Source: Pseudomonadota bacterium
Lineage (GTDB): Bacteria; Pseudomonadota; Alphaproteobacteria; Sphingomonadales; Sphingomonadaceae
Length of the DNA: 64,000 nt
Assembly: GCA_046733235.1 (NCBI GenBank)
Contig: JBKPOT010000030.1
Span: 1,825-65,824 of the forward strand
Direction: 5' to 3'
The notes under the pieces are model-generated. The model ran no database searches, was not told where the DNA came from, and saw nothing but the letters and a program-made list of their open reading frames with translations. Position 1 is the stretch's first letter; each line of letters starts with the position of its first letter. This document shows positions 30,068 to 37,474 of this stretch, in pieces. The translations under genes and the position numbers were made by a program.

Positions 30068-30943
30068 TCAATTCTGCGACTGCGACTGCGACTGGCTTCG
30101 GCGCGACCGGCTTTGCGACTGGCTCTGGTTCTGAGCGTCCGCCTGGCGCACCTGCACCTCCACCTTAAGCTCTTCACGGCCGCCGCCGTTCCGTGCCCCG
30201 GCAAAAGGCGCGGAATCGCGATAATCGAGTCCGGCGGCAACCCTGATATAGGCGTCGTCGGTGCAGATGCCGTTCGACGGATCGAAGGCGACCCAGCCGA
30301 GATGCTCGACCCAGGCCTCCGCCCAGGCATGGGCGGCTTCCTGGAGCACGGCACCGTCGCGGCGGAACAAATGGCCCGAAATGTAGCGGGCTGGAATATG
30401 GATCGACCGGGCGACGGCGATGAAGATGTGGGCGAAATCCTGGCAGACGCCATGGCCTTCGGCATAGGCTTCGGTCGCCGGCGTATCGACTCCGGTCCGC
30501 CCCGTATCGAAGGTCATCCGGGAATGGATGGCCGCGGTCAGCCGGTGCAATTTGTCGAGATCGGCGCCGCCCTGGGCGACGAGCGCGGCGGCGAGATCGT
30601 GGAGCGGCCGCCCGGCCTCGGTCAGGCTGGTCGGTCGAAGGAAGACCTGGGGCGGAAGATCGTCGGGAAGGCCGCCGACCACGCCGGCCCGGTCCTCGGT
30701 CAGCACCTTGCCGGTCACCGAGACCCTGAGAGCCTCGACCGGCCGGTCGACATAGAGCATGTGCGTGACGTTGCCGTAACCGTCCTTGCCCTCGCGAAGC
30801 CGGGCGTCGCAATCGACGTCGATCCGCCAGTCGAGCACCGACTGGCCGGCGAAGCTGAGCGGAGTCACCCGAAGCAGCTGGATCACCCGCCGGGTCGGCT
30901 GGGAATAATGATAGCTCGTGTCGTACTGGACGGAGAGACGCAT
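30068..30943 (-). CDS. Transglutaminase-like protein (Bact_transglu_N plus core) with a Gln/Ser tail
   Basis: Catalytic triad GVCQDFAH / AHAWAE / FDP; ends QNQSQSQSRSRRSQSQSQSQN. Confidence 0.93.
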   Translation of the reverse strand: MRLSVQYDTSYHYSQPTRRVIQLLRVTPLSFAGQSVLDWRIDVDCDARLREGKDGYGNVTHMLYVDRPVEALRVSVTGKVLTEDRAGVVGGLPDDLPPQVFLRPTSLTEAGRPLHDLAAALVAQGGADLDKLHRLTAAIHSRMTFDTGRTGVDTPATEAYAEGHGVCQDFAHIFIAVARSIHIPARYISGHLFRRDGAVLQEAAHAWAEAWVEHLGWVAFDPSNGICTDDAYIRVAAGLDYRDSAPFAGARNGGGREELKVEVQVRQADAQNQSQSQSRSRRSQSQSQSQN

Positions 30944-30952
30944 CAGCTCAAC

Positions 30953-31888
30953 CTACCCGAACCTGAACTGGGCGGCGATCGCCTGGTCGAGCGCCGCATT
31001 GTCGTTGATGAAACGGTTGAGGAACTGGTGGAGCCCCTGGCGGAAGATCGAGTCGATATCGGTCTCGAGCAATTCGCGCTCGCGCTTTCGCGCCATCCGG
31101 TCCGCCGGGCCCTGCCGCCCGCTTCGGTCGCCGAGCTCGGCGAGCAGCGCCACGGTCTCGATCGCCGAGGCGGCGAGCGAGCGCGGAAGCTCGCGGCGAA
31201 GCACCAGCAGGTCGGCGACCAGCCAGGGCTTGAGCGCCTCCTGGTAGATGTGGCGGAAGGCGGTCCGCGCCGAGACGGTGTGGAGGATCGTCGTCCACTG
31301 GTCGCGGTCGAGCGCTCCGCCGACCTCTTCGCCGCGCGGCAGAAGCAAATAATATTTGACGTCGAGCAATCGGGCGGTGTTGTCGCCGCGCTCAATCACC
31401 GATCCGAGCCGGAGGAACCAATAGGCCTCCTTGCGAAGCATCCGCGCCACCGCCCCTTCGAAACCGCGCGCCTCCGCCTTGATCGCCTCGACCAGGTTGA
31501 GGGTCGCCTGGGCGCCGCCCGGGCTGGACCGGTCGCGGACGCTCAGCCAGGCGCGGTTGATCGCCTCCCAAGCCTCGCGGGTCAGAGCGGTCCGGGCGGC
31601 TCGGGCATTGTCGCGCGCCAACCGAAGGCAGGTCCGGACCGAGTTCGGATTCTCCTCGGCCAGGGTGAGGTAGCGGACGATGTTGAACGGCGTGAAGCTC
31701 TCGCCGAACGCCTTGAATGCGGCGACCTCGCCCTTGACCGCGAGTGCGCTTCGCCAGGCCTGGTCGGCCTGGGCGTTGCGCGACAGCGAGGCGAGCCGGA
31801 TCGTCGCCTCGACCAGGCGGGTGGTGAACTCCGCCCTCTCCATGTAGCGGCCGACCCAGTAGAGGTTCGAGGCGGTGCGCGACAGCAT
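30953..31888 (-). CDS. Alpha-E domain protein
   Basis: MLSRTASNLYWVGRYMERAE and LGSVIERGDNTARLL ER motifs. Confidence 0.93.
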   Translation of the reverse strand: MLSRTASNLYWVGRYMERAEFTTRLVEATIRLASLSRNAQADQAWRSALAVKGEVAAFKAFGESFTPFNIVRYLTLAEENPNSVRTCLRLARDNARAARTALTREAWEAINRAWLSVRDRSSPGGAQATLNLVEAIKAEARGFEGAVARMLRKEAYWFLRLGSVIERGDNTARLLDVKYYLLLPRGEEVGGALDRDQWTTILHTVSARTAFRHIYQEALKPWLVADLLVLRRELPRSLAASAIETVALLAELGDRSGRQGPADRMARKRERELLETDIDSIFRQGLHQFLNRFINDNAALDQAIAAQFRFG

Positions 31889-33327
31889 CAGCGCTCACCC
31901 TCTCTTTCGGCGAGGATGAAGCTGTCCTTGGTGCCGCCGCCCTGGCTCGAATTGACCACCAGCGAGCCCTCGGGGAGAGCCACCCGGGTGAGTCCGCCCG
32001 GAACGATCCGGATGCTGTCGGGGCTGCTGAGGACGAACGGGCGGAAGTCGACATGGCGCGGCACGACGCCTTTCTCGGTCAGCGTCGGGACGGTCGACAG
32101 AGCGAGGGTGGGCTGGGCGATGTAGCGGTGCGGCTCGGCCTTGAGAGCCGCCCGGAACCGCTCGATCTCGCTCGAGCTCGCGGCCGGGCCGACCAGCATT
32201 CCGTAGCCGCCCGAGCCGTCGACCAGTTTCACCACCAGCTCGGCCAGATGGTCGAGAACGTAAGCGAGCGCCTCGGGCTCGCGGCAGCGGAAGGTCTGGA
32301 CGTTGGGCAGCTTCGCCTCGCCGCCCGAATAGTAACGGACGATCTCGGGCATGTAGGAATAGATCGCCTTGTCGTCGGCGATCCCGGTTCCCGGCGCGTT
32401 GGCGAGGGTGACGTTGCCGGCGCGATAGGCGGCCATCAGCCCCGGCACTCCGAGCAGGCTGTCGCGGTTGAACACCAAGGGGTCGAGAAAGGCGTCGTCG
32501 ATCCGGCGGTAGATGACGTCGACCCGGAGCCGCCCGTCGATCGTCCGCATCCAGACCACGTCGTCCTCGACCTCGAGGTCCGAGCCCTCGACCAGCTCGA
32601 TGCCCATATTGTCGGCGAGGAAGCTGTGCTCGTAGAAAGCCGCGTTGAAATGGCCCGGAGTCAGCAGCACGCAGACCGGGTTCCGGGCCTCGGGCGGAGC
32701 GACCGAGTAAAGCATGTCGCGGAGCAGGTCGGGATAGGTGTCGACCGGCCGGACCGGATAGATGTCGAACAGTTCGGGGCAGAGCCGAAGCATCGCCTCG
32801 CGATTCTCGAGCATGTAGGAGACGCCGGAAGGAGTCCGGCAATTGTCCTCGAGGACGAAGAATTGGTCGGCGCCGGTGCGGACCATGTCGATCCCGCAAA
32901 TATGGGCATGGACTCCGTGCGGCGGCTCGACCCCGGCGATCTGGACGCAAAACTGCGGATTGGCGAGGACGATGTCGGCGGGCACCACGCCGTCGGCGAT
33001 GATCCTGCGCTCGCCATAGACGTCGGCGAGGAAGGCGTTGATCGAGCGGACCCGCTGCTCGAGCCCTTCGGCGAGGCTCGCCCATTCCCTGGCGGAGAAG
33101 ATTCGGGGAACGATGTCGAACGGGATGATCCGCTCGGCCGAGCTCTCCTCGCCATAGACGTTGAAGGTGATGCCGAGCGTCCGGAACGCGGTCTCCGCCG
33201 CCTGCTGGCGCCGGTCGAGCTCGGCCGGGGGAGTCTCGGTCAGCCAGGATGCGAGCGGTTCGAAGCCGGGACGCGGTTTCCTGCCCCGGCTTATCCCCCA
33301 AAGCTCGTCGAAAGCGGTCCGCGCCAT
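31888..33327 (-). CDS. Circularly permuted type 2 ATP-grasp protein
   Basis: IIPFDIVPR, VLEDNCRTPSGVSY, VDVIYRRIDD, GTGIADDK, GSGGYG, VPGGLTRVAL, VVNSSQGGGTKD. Confidence 0.95.
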   Translation of the reverse strand: MARTAFDELWGISRGRKPRPGFEPLASWLTETPPAELDRRQQAAETAFRTLGITFNVYGEESSAERIIPFDIVPRIFSAREWASLAEGLEQRVRSINAFLADVYGERRIIADGVVPADIVLANPQFCVQIAGVEPPHGVHAHICGIDMVRTGADQFFVLEDNCRTPSGVSYMLENREAMLRLCPELFDIYPVRPVDTYPDLLRDMLYSVAPPEARNPVCVLLTPGHFNAAFYEHSFLADNMGIELVEGSDLEVEDDVVWMRTIDGRLRVDVIYRRIDDAFLDPLVFNRDSLLGVPGLMAAYRAGNVTLANAPGTGIADDKAIYSYMPEIVRYYSGGEAKLPNVQTFRCREPEALAYVLDHLAELVVKLVDGSGGYGMLVGPAASSSEIERFRAALKAEPHRYIAQPTLALSTVPTLTEKGVVPRHVDFRPFVLSSPDSIRIVPGGLTRVALPEGSLVVNSSQGGGTKDSFILAEREGER

Positions 33328-33381
33328 ACGGGCTGAATGCACGAAAGGCAGGGGCGGTGCAAAAGGGGAGGCAATACCGGT

Positions 33382-33987
33382 TCAGTTCAGGTCCAGATGA
33401 CCCTCCTCGTGAAGATAGCGCAGGGTGGGCTGAAACCAGCCGGGCATCTCGGAATATTCATGGTGGAGTCGGATCACGACACCTCGAATCTCGCAGATCA
33501 GCCTGAACGGATCGTCTGGATCACTGTTGTCGAACACCGACGCGAAATGGCTTGCGAGGAGCGCGTGGGGAAGCCTGGCAAGGCTCTTCCCATATCGTTC
33601 GCGGATCTTGTCGACCGGGACGTCATGGCCTCCCCGGCCCACCCTCTCCCGAACGCGCAACGCGTTGACGACCGGATCTTCCGTGGCCACGTAAATAACA
33701 TTGACCTGAAAACCCGCCCTGCGCGCGGTGAGCAGATGCTCAATGTGGGAGGGATGGGACATCACCGTCTCCCAGGCATAGTCCCGTCGCTCGGCCAAGG
33801 CTTGATCCCGCAGCTCGCGTATCAGTTGCTGAGCTTTCCTGTTCGCCTCGTCGCCGCTTCCGAGCGATCGCGCTATGTCATCTGGATTGAGATATTCGCC
33901 GAACGAAAGACCGGCCGCCATCAACTTCTCGATCAAGGTCGATTTGCCGGATCCGTTGGGCCCGGCGATCATGGTGACCTGGGGCAC
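33382..33987 (-). CDS. Zeta-toxin-like P-loop ATPase/kinase (COG4185-type)
   Basis: IAGPNGSGKST Walker A, LNPDDI, AWETVMS, RVRERVGRGGHDVP, FDNS. Confidence 0.88.
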   Translation of the reverse strand: MPQVTMIAGPNGSGKSTLIEKLMAAGLSFGEYLNPDDIARSLGSGDEANRKAQQLIRELRDQALAERRDYAWETVMSHPSHIEHLLTARRAGFQVNVIYVATEDPVVNALRVRERVGRGGHDVPVDKIRERYGKSLARLPHALLASHFASVFDNSDPDDPFRLICEIRGVVIRLHHEYSEMPGWFQPTLRYLHEEGHLDLN

Positions 33988-33999
33988 GCCCGAGCGTCG

Positions 34000-34311
34000 T
34001 CAACGGCCGTCTTTGTCCGGCCGGGTTGTATCCGCCATCGCCGCATCGCCGGACCGGTCAGCGTCCGATTTCCTCGCAAGCGGACCAGCCGATCGGATGT
34101 ACCTGCCCAAGACCCGAGCGCGCCGCTTTCCCGATTTCGAATCCAGCGATATCGAAAGGACCTCGCCGGCCTTGGCCGCTCCTATTTCGGCGCCTTGCGC
34201 AAGGCGAGTTTCCACATCGCGCCGTACCTCAGCCCTTATGCGGGACAGCTTGTCCGCCATCGCCGAGAACAGCTCTTCCGACATAGGCTCATCCGCTTCT
34301 TGTGGCGCCAT
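34000..34311 (-). CDS. Small hypothetical protein, putative partner/antitoxin of the zeta-like ATPase (start 34311 or 34284)
   Basis: Co-oriented, ends 12 nt before the ATPase; RAEVRRDVETRLAQGAEIGAAKAGEVLSI. Confidence 0.6.
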   Translation of the reverse strand: MAPQEADEPMSEELFSAMADKLSRIRAEVRRDVETRLAQGAEIGAAKAGEVLSISLDSKSGKRRARVLGRYIRSAGPLARKSDADRSGDAAMADTTRPDKDGR

Positions 34312-34400
34312 TTGCGCACCGCGGCGCAAGATGTTCTATTGGCGGCAGATTGTCGACCCCTTCCACTGAACAATCAATGAAGGATCGCGGGACGACCTGC

Positions 34401-35102
34401 TCAGGCGACCTTGGCGGTCTCCATCTCCTCCGGGTCGCGAAGCACGTAGCCGCGGCCCCAGACGGTCTCGATATAATTGTCGCCGCCGCAGGCGAGGCTC
34501 AATTTCTTGCGGAGCTTGCAGATGAAGACGTCGATGATCTTGAGCTCGGGCTCGTCCATCCCGCCGTAAAGGTGGTTGAGGAACATCTCCTTGGTGAGGG
34601 TGGTGCCCTTGCGGAGCGAGAGCAGCTCCAGCATCGCATATTCCTTGCCGGTCAGATGGACCCGCGAACCGTCGACCTCGACCGTCTTGGCGTCGAGGTT
34701 GACCGCGAGCTTGCCGGTCCTGATCACCGACTGCGAATGGCCCTTCGAGCGGCGCACCACGGCGTGGATCCGGGCGACCAGTTCGTCGCGGTGGAACGGC
34801 TTGGTGACATAATCGTCGGCGCCGAAGCCCAGGGCCCGGACCTTCGAATCCATCTCGCTGATCCCGGAGAGGATGAGGACCGGGGTGCCGACCTTGGCGA
34901 GCCGCAGCTTCTTCAGCACGTCGTAGCCGTGCATGTCGGGCAGGTTCAGGTCGAGGCAGATGATGTCGTAATCGTAGAGCTTGCCGAGGTCCAAGCCCTC
35001 TTCGCCCAGGTCGGTCGTATAGACGTTGAAACCTTCGCTCGTCAGCATCAGCTCGATGCTCTTGGCGGTCGTCGGCTCGTCCTCGATCAGCAATACGCGC
35101 AT
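34401..35102 (-). CDS. ctrA: Cell-cycle master response regulator CtrA
   Basis: [20 protein letters not shown]...LDLNLPDM...[18 protein letters not shown]...LTGKEY...KLRKKL...IETVWGRGY. Confidence 0.98.
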   Translation of the reverse strand: MRVLLIEDEPTTAKSIELMLTSEGFNVYTTDLGEEGLDLGKLYDYDIICLDLNLPDMHGYDVLKKLRLAKVGTPVLILSGISEMDSKVRALGFGADDYVTKPFHRDELVARIHAVVRRSKGHSQSVIRTGKLAVNLDAKTVEVDGSRVHLTGKEYAMLELLSLRKGTTLTKEMFLNHLYGGMDEPELKIIDVFICKLRKKLSLACGGDNYIETVWGRGYVLRDPEEMETAKVA

Positions 35103-35193
35103 CTGCCTGGCCCCTCTGCTCCGCCGGGCTCGGCGCGGACGCGCCGGTTCGGCTGGTGCTGTTCATTAACCATGGGAGATGTGAACGCAAAAG

Positions 35194-35209
35194 GTTAATT
35201 TCGAATTAA
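35194..35209 (-). promoter_or_regulatory. CtrA binding box upstream of ctrA
   Basis: Minus strand reads TTAA-TTCGAAA-TTAAC, a perfect TTAA-N7-TTAAC. Confidence 0.88.
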
Positions 35210-35275
35210 ACGAGGATTCCCAACGAGTCGCGCGGACTCGTTGCGCGAGAGTCACGGTCGTGGCACGGGCAGGGC

Positions 35276-35932
35276 ATGTGGGATGACTATGTCCTGTTCA
35301 TCGACGGCGAGGCGATCGTCATCGACAAGCCCGCCGGTCTCGCTGTCCATCCGGGCTCGAAGACCCGCGAGAGCCTGGAGGATTATCTCGGGCATTTCCG
35401 CTTCGGCTTCCGGCGCGCGCCGCTGCCGGTGCACCGGCTCGACCGAGACACCAGCGGCTGCCTCCTGCTCGCCCGCAACCCCAAGGCGCATAAGAGATTC
35501 CAGCGGGCCTTCGAGGCGAGGGAGGTGATCAAGACCTATGTCGCGATCCTCGACGGCGTGCCCGAGGCGGACGAGGGAGAGATCGACATGCCGCTCGCCA
35601 AGATTTCGAGCGCCGAGCAGGGCTGGCGGATGGTTTCGGACCCAAAGGGCAAGCCGGCGCTGAGCCGCTGGCGCAAGGTGGCGGCCAGAGACGGAAGGGC
35701 GATGATCCTGTTCAGCCCGGAAACCGGCCGAACCCACCAGCTTCGGGTCCACGCCGCTTCGGGCCTCGGAATCCCGATCGCCGGCGATCCGGTCTACGGG
35801 GCCGGCCGGGGGCCGATGCTTCTCCATGCCCTTTCGCTGTATATGGACCGCGAGGGCAAGAAGCCGGTCGAGGCTCGGGCTCCACTTCCGCCGACCTTCG
35901 TCAATGCCGGGTTCGGCGATGTCGAGCCCTGA
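35276..35932 (+). CDS. RluA-family RNA pseudouridine synthase
   Basis: IDKPAGLAVHP, VHRLDRDTSG, TGRTHQLRVH, IAGDPVYG. Confidence 0.94.
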   Translation: MWDDYVLFIDGEAIVIDKPAGLAVHPGSKTRESLEDYLGHFRFGFRRAPLPVHRLDRDTSGCLLLARNPKAHKRFQRAFEAREVIKTYVAILDGVPEADEGEIDMPLAKISSAEQGWRMVSDPKGKPALSRWRKVAARDGRAMILFSPETGRTHQLRVHAASGLGIPIAGDPVYGAGRGPMLLHALSLYMDREGKKPVEARAPLPPTFVNAGFGDVEP

Positions 35933-36332
35933 GCCTTTTGCCGTTCCCGAGGAGGCGCTGGAGGAGAAGTTCCTCGCCTCGACCGGTCCCGGGGGACAGA
36001 ATGTCAACAAGGTCGCGACCGCCTGCCAGCTGCGCTGCGACGTCTTCAAGCTCGGCCTCTCGCCGCCGGTCTACGCCCGGCTCAAGACCCTTGCCGGCAG
36101 CCGGATGACCAACGAGGGCGAGATAATCGTCACCGCCCGGAGCCACCGCACCCAGGAAGCCAATCGCGAGGAGGCCCGGACCCGCCTCGCCGACCTGATC
36201 GCCAGGGCGCACGTCGTCCAGCCCAAGCGCATCCGAACCAGGGTCAGCAAGGCGGCCAAGGCGCGGCGGGTCGAAGGCAAGAAACAGAGAAGCAGCGTCA
36301 AGCAGGCGCGGGCCAAGCCGCGTCTAGACTGA
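35919..36332 (+). CDS. arfB: Alternative ribosome-rescue peptidyl-tRNA hydrolase ArfB
   Basis: STGPGGQNVNK (GGQ), RTQEANR, basic tail RRVEGKKQRSSVK. Confidence 0.95.
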   Translation: MSSPEPFAVPEEALEEKFLASTGPGGQNVNKVATACQLRCDVFKLGLSPPVYARLKTLAGSRMTNEGEIIVTARSHRTQEANREEARTRLADLIARAHVVQPKRIRTRVSKAAKARRVEGKKQRSSVKQARAKPRLD

Positions 36333-36338
36333 GCCGGC

Positions 36339-36689
36339 TTAGCGCGTCCGGCCGACCGCCGCGCTCAGCGCCTGGCGGCGAAGCTCGAGCTCGCTTCGCT
36401 CGGACGGCGACAGGCCGTCGGCGCCGTAGCGCGCCGCCATATGTTCGATCGCCCTTGCTTCCCGGCTGAGCCGACGTGCCTCACGGCGGGAGATCAGACC
36501 CTCGTCGCGGGCCCGGCGCACGCGCTCCTCTATCTTGCGCGCCTCCCGGCCGGCGCCTCGGGGCGGCAGGCTGCTGTCGCCGATGAACGGATTGGATCGC
36601 GGCGCCGGCCCGTAATCGTGGCGCCCGACGATCCCGGCGTCGGCCGGAGCCGCGAGCAACAGGCAGGCGAGAAGGGCAAATCGGCGCAT
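36339..36689 (-). CDS. Secreted hypothetical helical protein
   Basis: Signal peptide; IEERVRRARDEGLISRREARRL...DGLSPSERSEL; GGGAG RBS. Confidence 0.75.
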   Translation of the reverse strand: MRRFALLACLLLAAPADAGIVGRHDYGPAPRSNPFIGDSSLPPRGAGREARKIEERVRRARDEGLISRREARRLSREARAIEHMAARYGADGLSPSERSELELRRQALSAAVGRTR

Positions 36690-36758
36690 CGCGGGCTCCC
36701 TGCTGGAAGGACTTCGCCGCGAATGTTTCGCTACCGCAGCTTAACCGCCGCCGAACGG

Positions 36759-36786
36759 CTTGGAGTTCGGTGTCGCACTCCCATAT
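36759..36786 (+). promoter_or_regulatory. Putative sigma32 promoter of the GAF/MsrC gene
   Basis: CTTG-N17-CCCATAT, same geometry as the groESL promoter. Confidence 0.65.
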
Positions 36787-36805
36787 TGAGGGCTGCACAT
36801 CTGCC

Positions 36806-36881
36806 CGTCATTGCGAGGAGCGCAGCGACGCGGCAATCCAGACGGCGCCGGACTGGATTGCTTCGCTCCGCTCGCAATGAC
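36806..36881. repeat. CGTC/REP-like palindromic repeat, family II
   Basis: Arms nearly identical to 23435-23518, with a different loop. Confidence 0.9.
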
Positions 36882-36900
36882 TGCCGAGGGAAGAGCGGCC

Positions 36901-37410
36901 ATGTACGATTTCAGGATCAAGGCTGACGACAAGCCGGCGCTCTATCGCGAGCTGGTCCAGGCCGCCGATGCCCTGACCGACGGCGAGCCGGATCCGATCG
37001 CCAACATGGCCAATGTCGCGGCCCTGCTCTGGGAGAGCCTGCCCGACCTCAACTGGGCCGGCTTCTACCGCAATGTCGGCGGCGAGCTGGTGCTCGGGCC
37101 GTTCCAGGGCCGCGCCGCCTGCATCCGGATCCCCTTCGGGCGCGGAGTCTGCGGCGCCGCCGCGGCGACTCTCGAGCCTCAGCTGGTCGAGGACGTGAAC
37201 CTCTTTCCGGGCCATATCGCCTGCGACTCCGCTTCGGTCTCCGAGCTGGTCGTGCCGCTGATCCACGACGGCGAGCTCATTGGAGTGATCGATCTCGACA
37301 GCCCGATCCGGGCGCGCTTCGATGACCGGGATGTCGCGGGCTGTCTCGATTTGGCACGCCTGCTCGCGCCCCGGCTCGCCTCTGTAGCAAATCCGGCCCC
37401 CAAGCGTTAA
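36901..37410 (+). CDS. msrC: GAF-domain protein, free methionine-R-sulfoxide reductase-like
   Basis: LNWAGFY, LGPFQGRAACIRIPFGRGVCG, HIACDSASVSELVVP, DLDSP. Confidence 0.88.
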   Translation: MYDFRIKADDKPALYRELVQAADALTDGEPDPIANMANVAALLWESLPDLNWAGFYRNVGGELVLGPFQGRAACIRIPFGRGVCGAAAATLEPQLVEDVNLFPGHIACDSASVSELVVPLIHDGELIGVIDLDSPIRARFDDRDVAGCLDLARLLAPRLASVANPAPKR

Positions 37411-37421
37411 AAAAGTCTTAA
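37407..37421. promoter_or_regulatory. CtrA binding box upstream of the RcnB-like gene
   Basis: G-TTAA-AAAAGTC-TTAA, a perfect TTAA-N7-TTAAC on the minus strand. Confidence 0.75.
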
Positions 37422-37474
37422 TCGGCGCCCGGATCACCGGGAGCCGTGCGAGTCTGCAAAACAGGGGACCGATC

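Noticed and set aside
36741-36756. Partial CtrA-like site TTAA-N7-CGAAC; a similar partial site at about 51377-51395
   Set aside because: Only one good half-site; too weak without binding data
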